Positions 56,201 to 64,000 of a stretch of DNA of 64,000 nt are shown here, piece after piece (within the stretch, counting starts at the first letter, position 1; each line of letters starts with the position of its first letter). The notes under the pieces were generated by a model that made no database searches, was not told the origin of the DNA, and was given only the letters and a program-made list of their open reading frames with translations. The stretch comes from Chrysomallon squamiferum (lineage: Eukaryota > Animalia > Mollusca): contig CM022672.1 of NCBI GenBank assembly GCA_012295275.1, positions 18,910,001 to 18,974,000 on the forward strand, in the 5' to 3' direction. The translations under genes were made by a program, and so were the position numbers.

Positions 56201-59200
56201 GGCTGTGATGGGCTGTTGACCTGTTGGGTTTGAAGTGGCTGCTGCACACAATGTGATAACCTGGAAGATTGATGCTGCCAGCAGCAATGCAATATTCACC
56301 AATGTGATAAGCTGTAGGACAGCGTACACATCGTAAAAGGCGGCCTGAAATATTTGACATTACTTAGTAACAAGATATCTGCCATTTCATTAATATGTGT
56401 ATAAAACAATTCCCAAAAATATGTTGGAGTGTGCAAGACATTTAAAAATTAAATTTATGATACTAAAAACAATTTCTTAGTACAGGAAAAACAATTTTAA
56501 TAGTAAAAATAATATATAAAAAGATAAAAATTATTTAGCAGTTCCAGTTGCAGGAATCACAACTATATAATTACTATGGATTTGTAATTAATTGGAAATT
56601 TCTGAAATATGAAATCAGGTAATGACAAAAATGTAATTAAATCGAAGACTACACAAATTTTTACCTTTAGCACTCTTTGAATTCTTCTTATCCTCATCAG
56701 CTGCACATGTTGCACACACATGAAGTGGGCAAAAGAATTTTTTCCCTTCAAATACAGTGTTCGGAAACTTTTTTACACAACTTTCATGATAGAATTTTCC
56801 ACAACGTGATGTTGCACATGGTTTTAAATCACGACTTCGTTCCTTGCAAGCAAAACAAGTGCGAGTTCCTGAAAATAAATGTTTAACATTTCAAATAAAA
56901 GAGCAAAAATATTAACCAGACTTAAGTAACAAAGATTAAAACATGGAATTCATTATCAACACCTCCCCTTCTTAAATCAGTTCATAAATTGAAAACAGTT
57001 CTTTAAATGTAAATTTTGCTGCACTATGAAACACCATGTACATCTACCAGTCTAATGAAGACATCCAACAGGCATTTGTTTGTAGTGATCAATTACTCCT
57101 TGATATTAATTAAATGCAAGAACTTTAGTCTTTATCAGACAGAAGTATAAGAGAAATCCTTAAGTGAAAACTACACAAACTTATTCACTAAGATCAGCCC
57201 ACATTGTCAACATATGCAGATCTCTTGCAATTTTTAAAAAGATTATCCAGGCAACGAAAACATTACATGCACCTGAATATTATCTGTTAAAGAGCCTTCC
57301 CAACCCTTAAACAACTGGTCTTTCTTACCTGTCTGACATTCGTCACATTTGAACTGTGTTATGGAAGCTGAACCAAGTCCAAGGCAGTTGACATGGAAAT
57401 AACCCTGACATGATCCTTGACACTCGATTAGTTCGCCAACACCTTCACATATCTGACAGATGTTCTCCTTCCTGGCTGGAGCACTAGCACTCAGTTTGAA
57501 TATCTCCAGCTGATATTCCTCCGTACCATTTTTTATCAATATAGTGCTCTGTGATGTTCCTGTGGGTCGAATTTCTCCATGCTAAACGAAAAGTTTTTAA
57601 ATAAGTAACAATATTCTGTTTTACAAATTTTACAATGTTTAAATAGGTAATATTTTCTATACAGTCTAATAACAAATCAATAAATTTATTTTGAAGATTG
57701 TACAGAATAAACAAATTCTCTGTATAATGAAGGAATGCTTAGTTTTTGCAGTAATTCTTTTAAAAAATATCTGCTAGTAAAACAGTGAGTCACCCACCCA
57801 CAATTTTTTTTATTTTACAATTTACCTACAGTTACCTTTAAAGAAAAAACCCATCTTCAACAGTAAGTACCTCTATATTTAATTAGAATTGTCATCAAGT
57901 TAAAGTCAATACTACTCCAGGAAGTTAAATTAAAAATGAAGTTACATGTGATTCTGATCCGGAGTCTGATGCCTGACTCTGTGTTTCTGAATTAACTCCT
58001 TTAGATCGCCTTTTCTTGATATTTAAAATATCCTTGACTTCAGATTTCTGAAGGAAAAAAGTTGAAAAACAAAATAAATTATGTGAAACATTAAATTTTC
58101 TGCAATTTGGTTTAACAGTAATGAATGTATTTTAAGTAAATTTCGGAAATCTTTATGATGATATTGTTTGGAGTAGATAACAATTTGTTACTTAGCTGCA
58201 CATTATCTAATACAATAAATACAACAAAAAAATTTAAAAAAAAAATTTAAAACAAATATTTTTGTTTTATTTAAAGGTAACAGCTACCATATTTTGCAGT
58301 GTAACGGGATTTGTTTTTGATTTTTTGTTATCTGAACAAGCAGCTTTGTTTAATGGGTTAGTTTATATAGGAATTTTATCATCAGTATCACATAATGTAT
58401 CAACTGGTTCTGTTATCAAAATGTCATCAATGCAATTGATTAAAGCTAACATGACCTCATGTGGACTACCCTTTTACACCAGAATGAGAACCTTGTTTAT
58501 CTAATATTAAAAGTTATCAAGTACAAATTTATTACACTCAACAACTGGGAATTGAACATGTTTGGAATTTTAACAGCAAACTGAGAACAAAGAAATCTAA
58601 AGCATGTTTTTGGATACATACAAACAAATGTGGCATTCGGCACTTTACAACAAATACTTGCGATGTGCTGCATAACTTATAACATGATACATGCTAAATA
58701 TGAACTGGTCCTGTAAAATGTGAAAAAATAAAAATAAAAAATGGTGTTGTGTGTTATATACTGGTGCATTTTGTACTCTGCAAAATAACATATTTAACAT
58801 TCTTAAATTTGAAACAAGTTAGATACAAAGATCAGAGCACAAAAAAAAATCAATTACCAGATTGTCTGTAATTTCAGCATTATTTTTAGACAAGTTATTC
58901 ATGGCATCAGCTATCGTAGAAACTTTCGTTTTGATTTTTCCCTCAGATTTAACCTCTACTGGCTCTGTTTTGACTTCCTTCACAGCAGAAGTTGACTTTT
59001 CATTGGGCAAAGACTGTTTTGATTCTCTTGTAGCTCTACCTTTTGTTGTCCTTTGTTCGCTGCCTGCAGTTTTTGTTTTTGTCTTTGTAGCTGAAGGAAG
59101 ATCATTTTTCACATCTTCTTGAGCTAATAATCTCCCACTGATCCTTCTCTCACGTGTTTCAGGTTCCTGAAAATAAACAAAAACTTAAATCATTACTGGA

Positions 59201-59345
59201 TTAATATTGGTCCACATAAGCAGTTTTGCCTAAAATGAAATCAGGTATTTTATAAAAATAAAAATAAGATTACAATTTAAATAAATAATATATTTTTACA
59301 TTAGAATGTTTATGTTAAGTAACTAGTTATTATTCTTCTTCTTTT

Positions 59346-59376
<31 letters not shown>

Positions 59377-61586
59377 TTTTTTTGACGGTAAACTTACCGT
59401 TTTAATTGACTGTTTTTTGGTGACAATTTCAGTAAAGAGCTTGTCGCCTTCTTCGGCTTCAAGTTTTTTAACAGATGGCTTGCTTACCCGTTGAGGTCTT
59501 TTTGTAGCTGTTGGGGATACTGAAAAATAAAAATTAATAATAATAATAATAATCAGTAAAATGAAAGCTCCGATAAGTCTACAATAAAACTGAATAATTA
59601 CAGTGAAATTTTAAAATCTCAATAAGACCAAATATCCAAATTAAGATTGCATAGTTAACATATTCTGAATATCGTTTCAGCATTCTCTAAAACTTTATTT
59701 CAAATGTAACAGTAAAATGATAGAAATCAGTAAAACTGAATGTTGACAGTAAGGATTTAATGTCATGGCTGCAAATGATGTAGATTTAGAACTAGTAGAT
59801 ACAGATTTTTTTTTAACATAAAATGAAGTTTATGAACAGTAGGATGGAACATTCAATAAAACTCACCAACATCAGTTTTTTCTGTTGTGGTACTTTCTGA
59901 ACCATGTTTAGTAGGAGCGTATCTTGCTTTCTGTTTGTCCGTCATCATTGTCCACTGCTGTAGCAGGTAATCAACAACAGTGTCTTCATCATAATCTGGA
60001 TGCTCTTCCAGAACACCTTCCCTGTGTTTCTGACAAAAACATTCAAAGGAACCTTGAGTCTGAATAGGCCTGTGAGGAACTGTGGGACTTTTAGAGGCTT
60101 CAGTTTCCACTTTTCTTTTCTTTGGTGTTACCTGTATAGAGCTGCTGTTTTCACTATCAGCTTCTTTACGCTTCCGTCCTCTTTTACCTTGGACTTTATC
60201 AACAACACCATTTGGCAGTTCAGGAGAACTATCTGTGTTCTTAGAAAGTTTCTGACGTGTTATTTCAGTGTCAGTGTCATCCTTGATTTGAACTTTCTCC
60301 TTTGTTTCGGGTAGAATATACACAAAAGTTAATTTTTGTTTTCGTTCGTATCTATCCATAGGTACAGCTTCTTCAGCACCTGCTACACCAACCTCCCAAG
60401 CTGGTCTTCGGGAAGGTTTTACTTTAAAAGACTGAGCCAGTATTGTTTTTTGCTTTTTGTTAGGTGCATTTGCTATGCACTGTTCTGCATATTTAAAGAA
60501 CTGTTCTTTTCCTTCAAATGGCATGGTTGAAGACTCATTGATCCAGCCTCTCTCTCCTTCATTTCCAAAAAACTGAACATGATATGCTCTTATCACTTTA
60601 AAACCACCTGCAACATGACAATAAGATTTCAGGATACAATCTGCAATATTCTTGGATATTAACAAAATGTAATCACAACACAGATATTAAATGACAGCAC
60701 ATTACTTTCAAAAGTTAAACATAATTTTTATTATCAGATAGTTTTATCTATTTTCTAACTCTTTTGGATTATTAATAATAATTGAAACAATATTAAAACA
60801 ATCCACAGTACAAGATGTTTACCTATGTTTCACAAATCTTTAAAGGAATCATTTATATTTATTATACTAACCTGTAATACGAGTATAAAGTCCAGTGTAC
60901 GGATCGTAAGACACCATACATGGCCACCATGGATGTCCACTGACTTTTGCCCACAACAAATCACCAACAAGCCACTTAGGTGGTTTCTCCTTTTCAAGCT
61001 TTGATATTGGAGCCTTCATAACTGATTTCGGTGCTGATGAAACTTTAACTTCTTTTGCTTTTTCCACTGGTTCTATTTCATCCTGAGGAATTTTTCTTTT
61101 GATTTGCCTCTTCTCTCTATTTACTGCTGATGTAGGTGATTCCTTTTTCTCGCTCTCTTTTTCTACAACTTGTTCTGAACTGGCTGGTGAGCCTTTTCTT
61201 TTCTCTGAGGTCTTCTTTTCAGGAGTGATAAGACCATCAGATTTGGAAGTAACATCATCATTTTTACCTTTGGGTACATCTCTCTTCAATTTTCTGGTCT
61301 TGCGTTCTTCATGGGATTTATTTTCCTCCACTGGTGTTTCTTCTGATGCTCCTGTCTGAGGTTGTTCTGTTGGTTCATCAGCTTGTTGTACTCCACTTTC
61401 AACATTAACAAGACCTTCTCGTTTGTCAGGTGAGGTCACCGAACACTTGGCACTTGCCTTACTTTGAGCGATTTTTAGATTGCGATTCATTGTTGGCATT
61501 TGAGGTAAATGATGATGGAAGCCACCACTGCCTGCAGTGGTTTGGGATCCCAAACCATTTACAGGTGCAACCATCTGGGATTCCAT
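47170..61586 (-). CDS. NSD2: Histone-lysine N-methyltransferase NSD family (NSD2/WHSC1-like): PWWP-HMG-PHDs-PWWP-AWS-SET-postSET-PHD-C5HCH, ~1553 aa
   Basis: 18 phase-consistent exons: 60872-61586, 59867-60607, 59398-59519, 58858-59166, 57946-58047, 57329-57581, 56665-56868, 56165-56344, 55146-55302, 54376-54504, 54030-54106, 53779-53891, 53389-53658, 52823-52944, 52550-52686, 48763-48869, 48240-48438, 47170-47894. Motifs [19 protein letters not shown]-like FCQKHRE...[31 protein letters not shown]...[34 protein letters not shown]...[13 protein letters not shown]. Confidence 0.95.
49197..49326 (-). ncRNA. Putative H/ACA sno/scaRNA, copy G
   Basis: Lower stem UGCAAC/GUUGCA, 13-bp upper stem with two G-U pairs, H box ACAUUA, second hairpin, ACA at 49202-49200. 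Confidence 0.7.
49781..49910 (-). ncRNA. Putative H/ACA sno/scaRNA, copy F
   Basis: Near-identical to copy G; H box ACAUUA, ACA at 49786-49784. Confidence 0.7.
50323..50453 (-). ncRNA. Putative H/ACA sno/scaRNA, copy E
   Basis: Near-identical to copies F and G; H box ACAUUA, ACA at 50328-50326. Confidence 0.68.
50895..50990 (-). pseudogene. Truncated H/ACA-like copy D
   Basis: Keeps the H box and central part but lacks the ACA end and the 5' strand of hairpin 1. Confidence 0.6.
51452..51580 (-). ncRNA. Putative H/ACA sno/scaRNA, copy C (diverged 3' hairpin)
   Basis: Same 5' pocket (UUAUGAU / GAGCAAU), H box AUAAUA (51522-51517), 3' hairpin closed by UGAAGAA/UUCUUCA, ACA at 51457-51455. Confidence 0.7.
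52049..52177 (-). ncRNA. Putative H/ACA sno/scaRNA, copy B
   Basis: Same 5' pocket, H box ACAUUA (52118-52113), 3' hairpin closed by UGAUG/CAUCA, ACA at 52054-52052. Confidence 0.68.
52329..52455 (-). ncRNA. Putative H/ACA sno/scaRNA, copy A (most diverged)
   Basis: UGCAACU/AGUUGCA lower stem, UACCA..UGCAU/AUGCA..UGGUG upper stem, imperfect H box (AUAUCG), AUGAAUCA/UGAUUCAU 3' stem, ACA at 52334-52332. Confidence 0.68.
58288..58500 (-). pseudogene. Pseudo-exon or poison-exon candidate in an NSD intron
   Basis: TAG acceptor at 58503-58501 and GT donor at 58287. The segment is 213 nt, phase 0-0, with two in-frame TAA and weak similarity to the end of exon 58858-59166. Confidence 0.45.
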
Positions 61587-63217
61587 TGTGGTGAAGATTG
61601 TGCTCAGTTCACAGTAATTATTTGTAAACAAACTGGAATAAAACTGAAATTAAAAAACAAAAATGTAAAAAATACTTTTTACTTTTTATGCAAGTGGTAA
61701 CAGGAAAAATATAAAATAATATTAATTACATTTTTCTGCATTGTACATATATCCTTTACAATCTTTTTGTATGCACTAATTTGTCATTGACCTGCTGTTT
61801 ACATATTTATACTTTTTAAGTATTGTAGACATCTCAATTTCAAAAACACTTTGGGCAGAACCCAATGGTTTTTACACGTGCAGGCTATGGATTCTATGAG
61901 TTCCATGAAAGTATTTACTACAGAAAATATTAAGTTGCCCGGGCAAAGTAACACAGATTGCTTCCTATATGTCATAGCAGCCATAATGACAGTCACAGGA
62001 AAAATCCTATAATAATGTTAAGAACAAATCAAAATGCATCTAGCAATTTTAGACAAGTGAGATGGCTGCATCTTTGATAAACATGATGGGCAAATACATA
62101 AAATAATCATGTTTTGAGACAAATAAAAAAAATATGCAGACAACTTTAAATAATGAGATGTAAAAATCTGATGAATGAAACGATACTCATCCATTTTATC
62201 CAAATTATCTTTCTTATAAATTAGTTTGAAACTGCTTACATTTAATAAATTAAAAAGAATTTTGACGAATTGATGCTGTATTTGAAAAATGCCCTACAAC
62301 ACTGTAATATAGGATGTATGATCAAAGTTAATCACAGTACTTAGTAGGCAAGTATTTTATTAAGTTAATTTACTTTTAAAAAAACAGAAAGGAATGTCAA
62401 ATTGCAAATCAGTACCATTTATTATAGACCTAAGACAATATATGAGCAAATAACTAAAATATATTCAGTTTGTTTCAACATAAAAAATGTATTTCAATTA
62501 TTTGTCAATTATCAATTTATATTAATATAACAATCCAAGAAAACCTGACTCAGAAGTGTAGTAAGTGGCAAAACATTTTACATTTCTGCATTGACTCATT
62601 GAGGTTATTCGAAAAATATTCTAGATAAAAGCTAAGTATGTCATTATAAAAACTGTATCAAGTAGATTTTACTGTTCACTTCTTGATTATGAGTATGTCA
62701 TCTGAGCTGAATGTCAGTAATGTATTATAAACTCCTGAAATAATCTAGGAAAAAAGGAAAAAACTTTCATTATTGTTTAAATTTTAATTTTGCTTGAAGT
62801 ATTTTTGTTTATGAAATAACTTCAGACAATTGTAAGGTTTATGCACTTGTCTGAAAAAAACATGTATCCCTTGTATCTGATAACCTAAAATAGAAATGTA
62901 TTATTTAACATATTTACTTTTAATTTGTAAAAATATATAAAGCAACCTTTTTGTAACCCTTTTAAATATTACTAAATACATATGCATTAAATAATTTTAA
63001 AACTTACTAAAGGCTGTTTTTAAAAGAAAATCCCAATTATAACAATGCTGAAAATAAAAATTTATTTTACTGCTTTAGCAACATAGCTGGTGAATCACAA
63101 AAGAAAAAATGACCTAGCTGGAATGTTTACTATATAAATAAATAAACGCTGGCAAAATTGAATATGCGCTGTTCAGTATACCCTACTGGAACAAAGATTG
63201 GATATTTAATCACTTAC

Positions 63218-63570
63218 TAAGCTAATTTCAACAATAATTTTGCAAAATTTGTCCGCCTTTGATTTTTCAGGCGGCGGCCATATTGGTTTATATCCGAAAT
63301 ACAGCACGCGGCGAAAAAGAGGTCAATAATGAACAAAGACATTATGTATGCAGAATTAAATATGTCTTTGACAGGATGTTAAAGCACATATTATTGCTAT
63401 TTAAAAAATTAAATAGATGAAATTGCATATACCCATGATTTTTATGTAGCATTGCCAACCAACATCAGCCACTTTTCAGCGTCCTTCCGCCAGAAGGTTC
63501 GGGTATATTCGGCGGGAAAAGCATTATTCATTGATTGGCTGAAGTGATACGATTTACACCGATTGCCCCT
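63218..63570 (-). promoter_or_regulatory. Probable NSD promoter and non-coding exon 1
   Basis: Donor GTAAGTG at 63217 on the - strand; YY1-like GCGGCCATATTG (63274-63285), E2F-like GGCGGGAAAA (63511-63520), CCAAT box TGATTGGCT (63532-63540); CpG-enriched patch. Confidence 0.65.
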
Positions 63571-64000
63571 TAATTTTTTACAATTAACTGACCATAAACA
63601 ATATATTTTGCTAATTATCAATAAAATAAAATGTATAATTCACTGAACAAAATGATTATTGTAATGTAGCTATTTTATTACAGCTTAGACATAATTTATC
63701 CAACTGTTTATATCAATATCACTTTGTTCAGATAATGATGGTATCACAATAGATCTCTATCTTAATTATGGCTCCAGCAACATTTTTCATCAGAATGAAA
63801 TATTTAAGTTAATAAATATACTGACAAAGCATTAATTAAGATCATGAAGATATTTTTATACCTGGTATCCCATTTTTTTAAAAAACACCTTGTTATTGTT
63901 TCATCACCTGTCCTCAAGATTACAATCATCAAACCTTTCTTTACATCAGTCATTTTTGTTTTTATTTCTTTCCATCTAATATTTAGCCAACCACACATCA

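Noticed and set aside
63700-64000. Possible decayed coding or transposase fragment on the - strand at the right edge
   Set aside because: Multiple stops, no recognisable motif, and truncated by the window edge.

Overview
AT-rich, intron-rich, microsatellite-dense animal genomic DNA, probably molluscan (inferred from gene content and SINE-like remnants), not prokaryotic. I reconstructed four spliced genes by reading GT-AG junctions and exon phase. (1) A hillarin/KY-like transglutaminase-fold gene on the - strand: ATG at 6600, running off the left edge, with a probable non-coding first exon near 22.8 kb. (2) An ENTPD4/7-type apyrase on the - strand (33385-39469), with a 1-nt frameshift in exon 7. 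(3) SEC20/BNIP1 on the + strand (39848-43304), head-to-head with the ENTPD gene; its exon 3 appears only as two broken tandem copies. (4) An NSD2-like H3K36 methyltransferase on the - strand (47170-61586, 18 coding exons, ~1553 aa). The most striking observation is in the 3.7-kb NSD intron that interrupts the SET-coding region (48870-52549). It holds six complete and one truncated ~130-nt units that fold, on the host-gene strand, as hairpin-H box-hairpin-ACA. Stems are kept between diverged copies, which points to an expanding intronic H/ACA sno/scaRNA cluster. Most short ORFs in the supplied track are microsatellite or antisense artefacts. All folds and alignments were done by eye; no searches were run.
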